Of a stretch of 64,000 bases of DNA, positions 38,801 to 48,701 are shown piece after piece. Both the position numbers and the translations under genes were made by a program. The notes beneath the pieces are model-generated. The model was not told where the DNA came from. It worked only from the letters and a program-made list of their open reading frames with translations, and did not search any database. How positions within the stretch are numbered: the first letter of the stretch is position 1; each line of letters begins with the position of its first letter. Where the stretch lies: NCBI GenBank assembly GCA_027371855.1, contig DAHXLB010000011.1, positions 7,459-71,458 of the forward strand, in the 5' to 3' direction. The DNA is from a bacterium. GTDB lineage: Bacteria; Patescibacteriota; Dojkabacteria; JAKAPS01; JAJZLI01.

Positions 38801-39508
38801 ATGTTAGAAATTATTAATCTGTCTAAATCATTTAATGGAAGAAAAGTTCTTCACGATATCAATATTAAGGTACAAGAAGGTGAAATATATGGATTTTTAG
38901 GGCCTAATGGTGCAGGAAAGAGTACTACAGTAAAAATAATGACTGGGATATATGTACAAGATAGTGGTAAGGTACTAATAGATGGCAAGGACAATAGAGA
39001 TATTGAAGTAAAAAAGATACTTGGATATATGCCTGATGAACCATATGTATATGAGAGACTTGATGCAAAAGAATTTCTATCCTTTGTAGCAGATATATAT
39101 GATGTTCAGGATAGGGATAGGAAAATAAAAGAAGCATTAACTCTTTTTGATATAGATGAAAACCCTGACTTAAATATAGAAAATCTATCTAGAGGTTCTA
39201 GACAAAAACTTGTTATTGCTGCAACCCTAATGCATGATCCTAAGATTTTAATAATAGATGAGCCTCTAATAGGGTTAGATCCCAAATCTGTTATACAATT
39301 TCAAGCTATATTAGAAGAGTTTGCAAAAAATAAGGGTATTGTATTCTTATCCACGCACTCACTAGATATAGCTTCCAAAATTTGTACAAGGATTGGAATA
39401 ATCAATCAGGGAAAGATCATTGATGAGGGTACTATAGATGAATTAAAAAGTGAAACTAAGAAAAATAATTTAGAAGATGTCTTTTTAAAACTGACATATG
39501 ATATATGA
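38801..39508 (+). CDS. ABC transporter ATP-binding protein
   Basis: Contains Walker A GPNGAGKST, the signature LSRGSRQKL and Walker B ILIIDEP. Confidence 0.9.
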   Translation: MLEIINLSKSFNGRKVLHDINIKVQEGEIYGFLGPNGAGKSTTVKIMTGIYVQDSGKVLIDGKDNRDIEVKKILGYMPDEPYVYERLDAKEFLSFVADIYDVQDRDRKIKEALTLFDIDENPDLNIENLSRGSRQKLVIAATLMHDPKILIIDEPLIGLDPKSVIQFQAILEEFAKNKGIVFLSTHSLDIASKICTRIGIINQGKIIDEGTIDELKSETKKNNLEDVFLKLTYDI

Positions 39509-39520
39509 GACATATGATAT

Positions 39521-41080
39521 ATGAAGAGTAAATATTTCATCAAGTATGCCCTACTTGCAAACTCAAAATATTTTAAAGAGAAGAATATTGCAAGGAAGAT
39601 CGTAATTTTCCTGTTTTTTCTTGCAGTAATATCTTTACTACTAATAGAGTTTGTACTTTATTTCTTCTTACTTACTATATTAAAACAACATAACGTTAAT
39701 ATTGATGTTGTAAATGCAATAATATCAGATTCATTGTTTTTTATATTTATATTCTCGCTTATATCATCTTGTGCGTTGCTTTTTAAAACTTTTTTGATAA
39801 ACCCTTTTGAAAGCTATATTTTAACATTTCCTGTTTCTAAAGGAGACGTAATAATATCAAAAATGGCTCATATATTTTTTACAAATATACTAATAATATC
39901 TCTTTTTTCATCTCCAATAATATTCACATACATTTACATATATAACATACAATTTTTTACCCTCCCCTTTCTAATTTTGGTAATAATACTTTTTATCCTT
40001 TCATCAATATTTGTTACTTTATTTGATGCTATATGGGTTATGATTACTAATCAAATATTCCCTCAACTTCGGGCTAGTATAAAGACAAATATTTCCTTGG
40101 TAGTTATACTTTTACTATCTTTCCTTTTAGCTTTAAGAAGTATTCCAAATCTAGAGTTACTTTCTAAATCAAAAAATGTTGCTTCATTTACAAATATAAT
40201 GATGCAGTCCAAGCCTTTTAGTTTTCTACCGTCAAGTCTTATATCTAATATATTAAGTTTTAGAGATTATTCACAACTTGTAATTCTAATTTTTGAGATA
40301 ATAATTTTATATTTTATTTTTACTTTTCTTTCAAAAAAAGTTGTTTTTAAACTATCAACTCAGATAAAATCTGATAAAAATACTAAATATTTTAAAAACT
40401 TTATTCTAAATAAAGAGCTAAATAATTTTTTTAAACAAGAGAGAAATTTGATTAACTCTTTATCAATATTTTTTCTTTTAGCGATATTTATAGTTTTGAT
40501 AATAAGTATAGGTAATGCTAATATATCTTCAAAATACTACAGCCTATTTTATGTATTAATTCTTGGAAGTTTTGCTTATATATTAACATTGTTATCGTTA
40601 TATTTTATCTTTCCATCACTATCTTTGGAGAAAAAAGGAGGTTGGGTAATATTCCAAGCACCCATAAAAAGAAGTGTAATTTTAAAATATAAATTCATAG
40701 CATCAGTGATATTTATGTTTGTACAAACTCTGATTTTATATTTAATTTTTCAATTTTTTCTCAATTTCAAGGGAAACTATTTTTACTATTTTATAATATT
40801 TACAATAATAACATTTTTAACTATTAGTGTAATATTCTTATCTTTGGGTACTATCTCTCCTAATTTTAAAAATAGGAGCCTACAGGATTTGTCTACTACG
40901 CCATCAGCATTGTTTGCTACATTTTTGAGTATATTCTATATAGCATTTCTACTATATATATTATATAAATATGGGGTTTTAGTATCTTTAATCTTAATGG
41001 TAATAATATCAGGACTAATTATTTTAATACTAATGAAAAAAGCATTTTTAAAAATTAATAATATGGATATAGATCTCTAG
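39521..41080 (+). CDS. large polytopic membrane protein, putative permease partner of the ABC ATPase
   Basis: A 519-aa protein with >10 hydrophobic helices, 12 nt downstream of the ATPase. I recognised no specific motif. Confidence 0.45.
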   Translation: MKSKYFIKYALLANSKYFKEKNIARKIVIFLFFLAVISLLLIEFVLYFFLLTILKQHNVNIDVVNAIISDSLFFIFIFSLISSCALLFKTFLINPFESYILTFPVSKGDVIISKMAHIFFTNILIISLFSSPIIFTYIYIYNIQFFTLPFLILVIILFILSSIFVTLFDAIWVMITNQIFPQLRASIKTNISLVVILLLSFLLALRSIPNLELLSKSKNVASFTNIMMQSKPFSFLPSSLISNILSFRDYSQLVILIFEIIILYFIFTFLSKKVVFKLSTQIKSDKNTKYFKNFILNKELNNFFKQERNLINSLSIFFLLAIFIVLIISIGNANISSKYYSLFYVLILGSFAYILTLLSLYFIFPSLSLEKKGGWVIFQAPIKRSVILKYKFIASVIFMFVQTLILYLIFQFFLNFKGNYFYYFIIFTIITFLTISVIFLSLGTISPNFKNRSLQDLSTTPSALFATFLSIFYIAFLLYILYKYGVLVSLILMVIISGLIILILMKKAFLKINNMDIDL

Positions 41081-41084
41081 TTCA

Positions 41085-41462
41085 TTATTTGTCTATTGTA
41101 TGGAATAAACCATCTTTTTCTATTCTATCTTCCATCTCGTGAAATACTTCTTGCCATGTATGTTCACCATCAAAACCTAATCTTTGAAGTTCAAAGAATA
41201 GTATTTCATCACACCTACCACTTTCTAAAACTGTTCCTATTATTTTAGAATATCTTAAAGCAATTTCATCCCATGTTAAAAGATTCTCTTCCATTAACCA
41301 CATAGATAATAATGTTCTTTCATCTAGGTCTAATTCTTCGTAAGCCTGATCTGCTCTTTTGCGCGATTTTTTTGCTTCATTAGCTATCTTACTAGCTTCT
41401 TTTCTTCTTTGAGCCCCTTCTGTAAAAATCAAATTTTGTCTTATGCTCTCTACAGTTTCCAT
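41085..41462 (-). CDS. hypothetical 125-aa cytoplasmic protein
   Basis: A complete ORF 1 nt downstream of proS. It has a charged helical N-terminus (RRKEASKIANEAKKSRKRADQAYEE) and a Trp/Glu-rich C-terminus. I recognised no family. Confidence 0.4.
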   Translation of the reverse strand: METVESIRQNLIFTEGAQRRKEASKIANEAKKSRKRADQAYEELDLDERTLLSMWLMEENLLTWDEIALRYSKIIGTVLESGRCDEILFFELQRLGFDGEHTWQEVFHEMEDRIEKDGLFHTIDK

Positions 41463-41463
41463 T

Positions 41464-42693
41464 TTAATATTTAATTTTATCTATAGGCAATATATTAACT
41501 TTATCTTCATTTCTTTTTTTTATCTCCGCTCCCCCAGCCTCAATACTTCTTTTAGTAATTAGAATTCTTAGAGGGATTCCTATTAGATCAGCATCTTGCA
41601 GTTTCTCTCCAATAGTAAGATTTTCTCTATCATCAAATAAAACACTCTTCCCATCTTTCTCTAGTTTGTCTGTTATCTTTGTTACTGTATCAATATTTTC
41701 ATTGTTAACATTTATGATATGAACATCATATGGGGCTACTGAAGTTGGCCAGATAATACCATTATCATCATTGAATTTCTCTACAATTATTCCCATTAAC
41801 CTACTTATTCCTATGCCATAACATCCCATATAGACCTCTTTATCCTGATTATTTTCATCTCTAAATAAGTAACCAAATGGTTTAGAATATTTTGTATCAA
41901 TTTGAAAAATGTTTGCTACTTCAGAAGCTTTTTCTGATTTAATAGAGGTCTTTAGATCTTTTGGTACAATTTCTTCATTATAGTAAATATTGTTTTTGGA
42001 ATCATAATAAATACTATCTTCTCCAGTACTACATCTAACTTGAAACTCTGTGGAGTAATTTTTTGTAAAATCACCTCCTGACGCTAAAACTTCTACAGTA
42101 TCTTTTTCAAGTTCTAATTTTTTAAAAATGTTCCAATAGTATTCTTTCATACCATCAAAATATTTCTGCAAATCTTCTTTATTCTGGTGAAAACTATATA
42201 AATCTTTCATAATAAATTCTCTTCCACGTAAGAGTCCAGATTTAGGTCTCTTTTCATTTCTAAACTTTGTTTGTATTTGGTATATAGCGAATGGAAGGTC
42301 TTTATAACTGGAATTATATTTTTTAGCTAGAGGTGTAACTATTTCTTCATGAGAAGGATTTAGAATATATTCATTGTTATTTTCTTCTTTTGATAATTTG
42401 TTTCCTCCCAAAGCTTTAAAAATGACATCAAAGCTATCTAATCTCCCAGTTATTTTCCATATATCCATAGGAGATATAGATGGCATTAAAATTTCATTGG
42501 AAATCTTATCCATCTCCTCTCTTATTATATTTTCTATCTTTGATATTACTCTAAGTCCTAGAGGTAAATATGTATAGACGCCAGCCATTTCCTGATTTAT
42601 AAAACCAGCTTTCTGAAGGAGAGTTGCATTTATGGAATCAAATTCTTTTGCTTCTTTATTAGTTTTTCCAAATAATTTTGAATATCTTTGCAT
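41464..42693 (-). CDS. proS: prolyl-tRNA synthetase, short bacterial type without the INS editing domain
   Basis: Contains LLQKAGFINQEMAGVYTYLPLGLRV (motif 1 region), QIQTKFRNEKRPKSGLLRGREFIMKD (motif 2), CYGIGISRL (motif 3) and a C-terminal HGTP anticodon-binding domain. The protein is only 409 aa. Confidence 0.9.
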   Translation of the reverse strand: MQRYSKLFGKTNKEAKEFDSINATLLQKAGFINQEMAGVYTYLPLGLRVISKIENIIREEMDKISNEILMPSISPMDIWKITGRLDSFDVIFKALGGNKLSKEENNNEYILNPSHEEIVTPLAKKYNSSYKDLPFAIYQIQTKFRNEKRPKSGLLRGREFIMKDLYSFHQNKEDLQKYFDGMKEYYWNIFKKLELEKDTVEVLASGGDFTKNYSTEFQVRCSTGEDSIYYDSKNNIYYNEEIVPKDLKTSIKSEKASEVANIFQIDTKYSKPFGYLFRDENNQDKEVYMGCYGIGISRLMGIIVEKFNDDNGIIWPTSVAPYDVHIINVNNENIDTVTKITDKLEKDGKSVLFDDRENLTIGEKLQDADLIGIPLRILITKRSIEAGGAEIKKRNEDKVNILPIDKIKY

Positions 42694-42764
42694 TACACAA
42701 TTATTATATCATTTATATATTATAAAGAGGAATGAACCATCTTAAATTATTATATTCTTAAAGT

Positions 42765-42793
42765 TTGATAAAACCTTTTAAATAAGATAAAAT
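42765..42793 (+). promoter_or_regulatory. sigma70-like promoter candidate for lysS
   Basis: TTGATA (42765-42770), a 17-nt spacer, then TAAAAT (42788-42793). The ATG at 42802 is only ~9 nt after the -10, which would give a leaderless or near-leaderless mRNA. Confidence 0.35.
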
Positions 42794-42801
42794 CTCTGTA
42801 C

Positions 42802-44250
42802 ATGGCAACATTTGATGAGTTGAGACAACAAAGATTAGACAAACTTAAACTTTTAAAAGATAAAGGTATAGATCCTTATCCAATAAAATCTAAGAAAGAC
42901 TACACCAACAAAGAAGCTTTGGATAGTTTTTTAAAATTTGAAAATAAATCAATATATCTTACTGGTAGAGTTGTGGGAGTAAGATCTCATGGTAAAATAT
43001 CTTTTTTTGATATTGAAGATGATAGCTCAAAAATACAACTTTTTCTATCTTTAAAAAATACCAATGACTATGATTTATTAGAACTTTTTGATTTAGGTGA
43101 TTATATAGAAGCTAAGGGATTATTGTTTAAAACAACTGCTGGGGAGATAACTTTAAATGTTGAAAAATTTAAAATGCTTGCTAAATCCATACGTCCTCTT
43201 CCTAGTGAATATTATGGATTACAGGATGAAGAAGAAAAGATAAGAAAAAGATATGTTGACCTTATAACTAATAAAGAATTAAAAGAAAAATTAAGATTAA
43301 AATCAAAGTTTTTTCAAGCATGTAGAGATTACCTACTTAAAGAGAATTTTCTTGAAGTAGATACGCCAATCCTTGAACTTATACCAGGTGGTGCCGAAGC
43401 AGAACCTTTCTTAACTCATCACAATTCTCTAAATCAAGATCTATATTTAAGAATAGCCTTGGAACTTTATCTAAAAAGACTTATGGTTGCAGGATTCGAT
43501 AAGGTTTTTGGAATAGGAAAGGTTTTTAGGAATGAAGGTATGAGTATGCAACACCTTCAAGAATTTACTATGATGGAATGTTACTGGGCATATTCAGACT
43601 ATGAGGATATGATGAAATTTATTGAAGGGTTGTATACGTATATGATTAAAGAAACATTTGGAACTCTTACTATTAAATACAAAGATGAAGAGATAGATTT
43701 TACTCCCCCATGGCCTAAAATAAAATACTCTGATTTGATGAAAGAAGTCGGATGTGATCTTTCAGAATATAATACATTAGAAAAACTAAGAAAAAAAGGT
43801 TTGGAAATAGGATTATCTGATGATACTACATCAGATAAAAATAGATGGATAGATAGGATATACAAAAAAATAGCAAGACCGACATTAAAAGGTCCTATAT
43901 TCTTAACAGATCACCCAATAGAAATATCTCTACTTGCAAAATCAAAAAGAGAAAACCCTAGTTTTGTTGATAGATTCCAAGTTTTGATGTTTGGAGCTGA
44001 AGTTGGAAATGCATTCTCTGAACTTAATGATCCCATTGATCAACTAAATAGATTTAAAGAGCAACAGAAGATGCGAGATAATGGAGATAAAGAAGCTCAA
44101 ATGATGGATCTAGATTTTATTGAGGCATTAGAGTATGGTATGCCTCCAGCATCTGGTTTTGGTGTTGGACTTGAAAGATTCTTTATGATTGTTGCAAATT
44201 TATCTAATATAAGAGAAACAGAATTCTTTCCTATCATTAAAAAAGTCTAA
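42802..44250 (+). CDS. lysS: lysyl-tRNA synthetase, class II
   Basis: It has an OB-fold N-domain and class II motifs: FLEVDTPIL, KVFRNEGMSMQHLQEFTMMECY and GFGVGLERFFM. Confidence 0.95.
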   Translation: MATFDELRQQRLDKLKLLKDKGIDPYPIKSKKDYTNKEALDSFLKFENKSIYLTGRVVGVRSHGKISFFDIEDDSSKIQLFLSLKNTNDYDLLELFDLGDYIEAKGLLFKTTAGEITLNVEKFKMLAKSIRPLPSEYYGLQDEEEKIRKRYVDLITNKELKEKLRLKSKFFQACRDYLLKENFLEVDTPILELIPGGAEAEPFLTHHNSLNQDLYLRIALELYLKRLMVAGFDKVFGIGKVFRNEGMSMQHLQEFTMMECYWAYSDYEDMMKFIEGLYTYMIKETFGTLTIKYKDEEIDFTPPWPKIKYSDLMKEVGCDLSEYNTLEKLRKKGLEIGLSDDTTSDKNRWIDRIYKKIARPTLKGPIFLTDHPIEISLLAKSKRENPSFVDRFQVLMFGAEVGNAFSELNDPIDQLNRFKEQQKMRDNGDKEAQMMDLDFIEALEYGMPPASGFGVGLERFFMIVANLSNIRETEFFPIIKKV

Positions 44251-44330
44251 ATAAACTCATCGGTAATATTATGATTATGTAACTTGTACACTATATTTGA
44301 CATTTTTATCTAATATATATATTAGATTAT

Positions 44331-44599
44331 ATGAAAACAGAAACTGTTAATTTTAAAACAGACGTCGTAACTAAATTAAAGGCACAAAAAGTTGCCAGAA
44401 AGTTGGGTATTCAGCAATTTACTTAATGCTTATCTGTAAGAGCTCTCTAGTACTGGAAGTGTACATTTTATAACTACCGACAATGACTGAAAAAATGGAA
44501 GAAATTGTTGCACAAGCAGAGATGGAGATAGCTTCTGGGAAAGTGAGTGGACCATTTGGAACACTTGAAAAAATGTTTGAGCATCTTGATTATTTGTAA
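44331..44599 (+). pseudogene. fragmented RelB/DinJ-like antitoxin
   Basis: The N-fragment MKTETVNFKTDVVTKLKAQKVARKLGIQQFT* (44331-44426) has the RHH-type pattern of DinJ/RelB. It continues only after frame changes. The C-fragment MTEKMEEIVAQAEMEIASGKVSGPFGTLEKMFEHLDYL* lies at 44483-44599. Confidence 0.55.
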
Positions 44600-44856
44600 T
44601 TGATATTCAAACCACAATAAACTTTGATAAACAATACTCAAGACTAAATATAAAAATCAAAAATCAGTTTTAAAATAAAATCAGAATATTTGAGATGAAT
44701 CCTTTTGACATAACTTTAAGGAACCACGCGCTTAAAGGGAAATATCTGGGATATAGGAGCATTGATATCAGTGGAGATGTAAGAGCACTATATACAGTCA
44801 AAGGTAACGTTATAATCCTATTTGCATTTATTGGTACACATAGCCAACTCTATTAA
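44599..44856 (+). pseudogene. YafQ/RelE-family toxin remnant with an in-frame stop and no start
   Basis: The frame reads IDIQTTINFDKQYSRLNIKIKNQF*NKIRIFEMNPFDITLRNHALKGKYLGYRSIDISGDVRALYTVKGNVIILFAFIGTHSQLY*. The TAA is at 44671-44673. The C-terminal H.L.G...G.RS..I..D.R.IY......I.L...G.HS.LY pattern is typical of YafQ/RelE-type mRNA interferases. Confidence 0.6.
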
Positions 44857-44985
44857 AATAATAGGTATTTAATTTATGTGAATTTTTCGTAATTATGTTC
44901 ACAAATATATTATAACAAGGATCTATATCCAATTCACACGCTACTTTACAATTTTAATATCATTTTCATTGGATAAAACTATGAG

Positions 44986-45014
44986 TTGACAAAACTCACC
45001 AGTTCTACTAGAAT
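44986..45014 (+). promoter_or_regulatory. near-consensus sigma70 promoter upstream of the 82-aa ORF
   Basis: TTGACA (44986-44991), a 17-nt spacer, then TAGAAT (45009-45014). It lies 27 nt upstream of the ATG at 45042. Confidence 0.5.
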
Positions 45015-45041
45015 CAGTTGATTAGTTTATTATATTAAAAT

Positions 45042-45290
45042 ATGTCACCAGAAATATTCAAAGACTATAACGCAGCACAAGAGATGGGATTTCAAAACCC
45101 AGATGATTCAATTGTAAAAATTCTCCCTGAAAGCCCATTAGAAGAATTAAAGTTAAGATTGAAAGAAAAATGGGGAATATTGATCACCAGTGAAGAAACT
45201 TTACCTTATGCATCAAGAATTACTAGTGAAGCTGATATGGAGATGGTAATTTCTGAAATATTAGATGAAACAGTAAAAAATCTTTACTAA
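45042..45290 (+). CDS. hypothetical acidic 82-aa protein
   Basis: A complete ORF with a good upstream promoter-like element. I recognised no family. Confidence 0.4.
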   Translation: MSPEIFKDYNAAQEMGFQNPDDSIVKILPESPLEELKLRLKEKWGILITSEETLPYASRITSEADMEMVISEILDETVKNLY

Positions 45291-45303
45291 TAAAAATACA
45301 ATT

Positions 45304-45915
45304 TCAATTGTTTATATACTCTACTATATCTTCCCAAGAATAAACTCTTTTTGTATTTTTGATTTTTTTCATATTTTGGTTCCATGGAGCATCGAATATT
45401 AGAGTATCAATACCTTGTGATGATACTTCTATAATATTTTCCTCTGCATCGTCTATAAAAAGATTGATGTCTAAATTTTTACATACCTCTGCTTTTGATA
45501 ATGTTATATCTTCACCATATCCTGTAAAATGTACGTCTTTATAATATCCTTTAAAATGGGTGTCTAAATTTTTTAATGTTCTGTCTTTTAAAAATAATGA
45601 ACGTGCAGTTATTAAATAGATATCATGATCCCTAGATAGTTTATTTAATGCTTTTTTTGATCCTTTAATGGGTTTTAGATTTAAAAACATTTCTGAATTA
45701 TGCCATTCTTTTAACCTTGACTCATATTCTTCTACAGAGTCCCAAACATTATGAAGAGCATATATCTTATTTATAGGTAACTCTTCTTTGTTTGGTGTCT
45801 TGTTCTTGCTATATATAGATTTTAGAGATGATATTTCATCTAATATAACATTATCAATATCGACACCAAGGATCAAGGTCCTTTTTTTAATTTTTCTTTT
45901 ATCATTGATTTTCAC
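45304..45915 (-). CDS. HAD-superfamily 5'(3')-deoxyribonucleotidase-like (NT5C-type) phosphatase
   Basis: Contains the HAD motif I ILGVDIDNVILDE, YLITARS and FIDDAEEN. Size and layout resemble the NT5C family. Confidence 0.5.
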   Translation of the reverse strand: MKINDKRKIKKRTLILGVDIDNVILDEISSLKSIYSKNKTPNKEELPINKIYALHNVWDSVEEYESRLKEWHNSEMFLNLKPIKGSKKALNKLSRDHDIYLITARSLFLKDRTLKNLDTHFKGYYKDVHFTGYGEDITLSKAEVCKNLDINLFIDDAEENIIEVSSQGIDTLIFDAPWNQNMKKIKNTKRVYSWEDIVEYINN

Positions 45916-45934
45916 TAAAAGGATTATATATCTA

Positions 45935-47284
45935 TTATAAATTACTTACTAATTGTTGGTACAGGGCAATATATTTTTCAGCAGATCTTCCCCAAGAGAA
46001 GTCTTCATTCATTGCTGTTTGTATCATTTCATCCCATTTAGGAGTATTAAACATAGATAAAGCTTCTTTTAATGTATTGACAAGACTTAAAGGTGAATAA
46101 TCCTCAAATGTAAATCCCGATACTAAACTCTCAACTGAATCTTTTAGTCCCCCTGTTGACCTTACAATAGGTAATGTTCCATATTTCATTGCAATCATTT
46201 GTGTTAGTCCAGAGGGTTCATATCTTGAAGGTATGATTAATGCGTCTGCCCCTGCATATATTTTTTCTGCTAGTGTTATGTCAAAAGTAATATCGGCAAA
46301 TAAAGATGGATTTTTTGTTCCTAAAATTTGCAATTGATTTTCAAAATCTTTGGCTCCGGTCCCAAGTATAATAAAATTAACATTTTTACTCTCTAAAGTC
46401 TCCATAGCTTTTATCAAGATATCAATACCTTTTTGATAATCCAATCTTGATATAAATGCAAAGAGAGGAGTGTCTATATTGAATTTTAAATGTAATTCCT
46501 CAATCAATCTTTTTTTATTTTCTAACTTCCCCATTTTATAATTGGATATATTATATTTAGAATATATCTTATCATCTTTATCTGGGTCATAAATAGAATA
46601 ATCTATACCATTTAATATTCCATATAAACTATTTTTTCTAAGTTCCATAAAATCCTCTATCTCTCCACCATATTCTTTGGTTAATATCTCTCTAGCATAT
46701 GTAGGTGATACAGTTGATACAATATTGGCATTTAATACACCTTGTAATAGAAGGTTGATTTGATTATCTGATTTATCTATCTCTATGGTTGAGTGATATT
46801 TTTGAAGTTTTAAAGCATCTAATATTTCTAATGAGTATCTACCCTGATAGGCTGGACCTAGATTATGAATAGTTAACATTGTTTTTACATTGTTCAATCC
46901 TACATCTTTTAGAAGTATAGGTATTAATGATGTATGGTAGTCATTAATATGAACTATATCTACTCTCCCGAATTTTTGATCCTTTATATCTTGAACTACT
47001 TTTTGTGAAAATATTGCAAACCTTATAGGATCATCTGGATATCCATAAACATTATCTCTTGATGAGAAATATTCTGGGATATCTATATAATTAATTTTAA
47101 CATCTGATCCAGGGATAGTTGTGGGTATTGGTGTAGGAATGATTTTATATTTTGGTATTACAACCTGTATATTAATAAAATCTAATAAACACTTTGGTAG
47201 AGCACCTGCAACATCTGCAAGACCACCAACTTTTATGATTGGTGCAAGTTCTGATGATACAAATAAAATATTAATCCTATCCAT
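45935..47284 (-). CDS. glgA: glycogen/starch synthase (GT5), copy 1
   Basis: The N-terminus ILFVSSELAPIIKVGGLADVAGALPK is the K-x-GGL motif. It also has HINDYHT, and a C-terminal PSRYEPSGLTQMIAMKYGTLPIVRSTGGLKDSV. Confidence 0.9.
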   Translation of the reverse strand: MDRINILFVSSELAPIIKVGGLADVAGALPKCLLDFINIQVVIPKYKIIPTPIPTTIPGSDVKINYIDIPEYFSSRDNVYGYPDDPIRFAIFSQKVVQDIKDQKFGRVDIVHINDYHTSLIPILLKDVGLNNVKTMLTIHNLGPAYQGRYSLEILDALKLQKYHSTIEIDKSDNQINLLLQGVLNANIVSTVSPTYAREILTKEYGGEIEDFMELRKNSLYGILNGIDYSIYDPDKDDKIYSKYNISNYKMGKLENKKRLIEELHLKFNIDTPLFAFISRLDYQKGIDILIKAMETLESKNVNFIILGTGAKDFENQLQILGTKNPSLFADITFDITLAEKIYAGADALIIPSRYEPSGLTQMIAMKYGTLPIVRSTGGLKDSVESLVSGFTFEDYSPLSLVNTLKEALSMFNTPKWDEMIQTAMNEDFSWGRSAEKYIALYQQLVSNL

Positions 47285-48701
47285 GCTTTTTATTATAACG
47301 TATTATTCCTTTTTGTTTCAAATAAAGATTATTTATTCTTTGCCTAAACTCTTCGGCTCTCTTAAAATTAAGTTTAGTAGCAGAGTCAAGCATCTGTTTT
47401 TCAAGATGTTTTATTATACTATCATATTCTTTAGGGTCAGCATAATATGATTTGGTTTCAATAATTTCTACTGCTTCTTCATCAAAGTTATTAGCCATTG
47501 TATCTATAACTCCATCTCTTTGCCAAGAAAATGAAGTGAATACTATTTCTTTATATAAATCTATTGCCTTCTTTTTATCTTCTTTACTTATATCTGGCAG
47601 TGTGAATATACTTTCTTTAAGTTCATATGCACCCTTCTCAATCATCTCAATGCTCCACCAAGGCCTTGCTGACGCCCACCAATATTGATCAGAATGTAGA
47701 GCTTTATCTAGTATACTTCTTGCTTTATGCCATTGTTTTTCTTTTTCATTCAGTATTCTATTATTTTGAGTTAGATCATTAAATCTATATGTAGAAGCAT
47801 TTATTTTTTCTATTGCAAAATGTGTAAGTTGCCATTGTAGTTGGTTTATTTCATTGTCATGATTTAACCATCTTTGATAGGGTTGATCTTTTAATAATTC
47901 TACTGGTATTAGTGCCCATGTAGACGGAACTATTGATACTGTATCCCCCACTTTAAAAATATCTAATAAATCTTCATACCTTGAGGTTTTTATCTTGTCA
48001 GATTTAAATATGTCCTCCAAAAGTAGTTCAAGTCCTGGTCTATGATGTCCAAATGTTTCTCCATCCATCGCAGTTGCAATGTAAATATTTTTATCAATTA
48101 AATCCTTTATTTCTGCTAAGAATATATTTCCATTTTCAAGTTGAGCAGATAATATTTTAAAACTAATGTCTCTATCTCTGAAAAAACCTACCATATCTGT
48201 TCCTTTGATTCTATATAATATATCATCTCTTATATCACCTTTGTCTTTCTCAAATGCTAGCTCGTCAAATAACATCCATTTATACCCCATTTTTGATACT
48301 ACATCCACAACTTTTTGTGATATTCCAAGCTCAGGAGAAAAAAATCCTTTTGGGTTATACGAAGGTCCATATACTGCTTTATTTATTTTATGGTTTAATT
48401 CTATCTGTCTTATTATTTCCTCTTCTGGAATAAGTGGTAAAAATGCATGGTATGCTGCAGAATCAGTCAATTCGATCTGCCCTCTTTCAAGTAATAATTT
48501 TATATCTGAAATTAGATTATCATATTTATATTTTATAAATAATTCAGTCAAGGATGCATTTATATTTAGTGTTATCTTTCCATTAGGGTTCTCTTTTAGA
48601 GTGTTTAGAATAACGCTATAACTTTCGTCTGCTATAAGGTCAAGCATCTCTTGTGTCTGCGTTGGTGGTTGATATATGTGTAGAAAATTTGCCCAAATCA
48701 T
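47277..48701 (-). CDS. GH57-family alpha-glucan-active enzyme with a C-terminal UVR motif
   Basis: GH57 conserved regions are present: FLHIYQPP (H-x-x-QP), RGQIELTDSAAYHAFLPL, GFFSPELGIS (nucleophile Glu context) and AMDGETFGHH (acid/base Asp context). The C-terminal HLEKQMLDSATKLNFKRAEEFRQRINNL resembles a UvrB/UvrC-type UVR helix pair. Confidence 0.7.
   Translation of the reverse strand: MIWANFLHIYQPPTQTQEMLDLIADESYSVILNTLKENPNGKITLNINASLTELFIKYKYDNLISDIKLLLERGQIELTDSAAYHAFLPLIPEEEIIRQIELNHKINKAVYGPSYNPKGFFSPELGISQKVVDVVSKMGYKWMLFDELAFEKDKGDIRDDILYRIKGTDMVGFFRDRDISFKILSAQLENGNIFLAEIKDLIDKNIYIATAMDGETFGHHRPGLELLLEDIFKSDKIKTSRYEDLLDIFKVGDTVSIVPSTWALIPVELLKDQPYQRWLNHDNEINQLQWQLTHFAIEKINASTYRFNDLTQNNRILNEKEKQWHKARSILDKALHSDQYWWASARPWWSIEMIEKGAYELKESIFTLPDISKEDKKKAIDLYKEIVFTSFSWQRDGVIDTMANNFDEEAVEIIETKSYYADPKEYDSIIKHLEKQMLDSATKLNFKRAEEFRQRINNLYLKQKGIIRYNKKHG

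Noticed and set aside
26456-41080. Whether the plus-strand blocks (htrA to GH1, thyX to ABC), which look somewhat GC-richer than the glycan operon, are horizontally acquired islands.
   Set aside because: I cannot compute composition reliably by eye. The genes are core housekeeping functions with no flanking tRNA, integrase or repeats. The difference may simply reflect expression level or amino-acid content.
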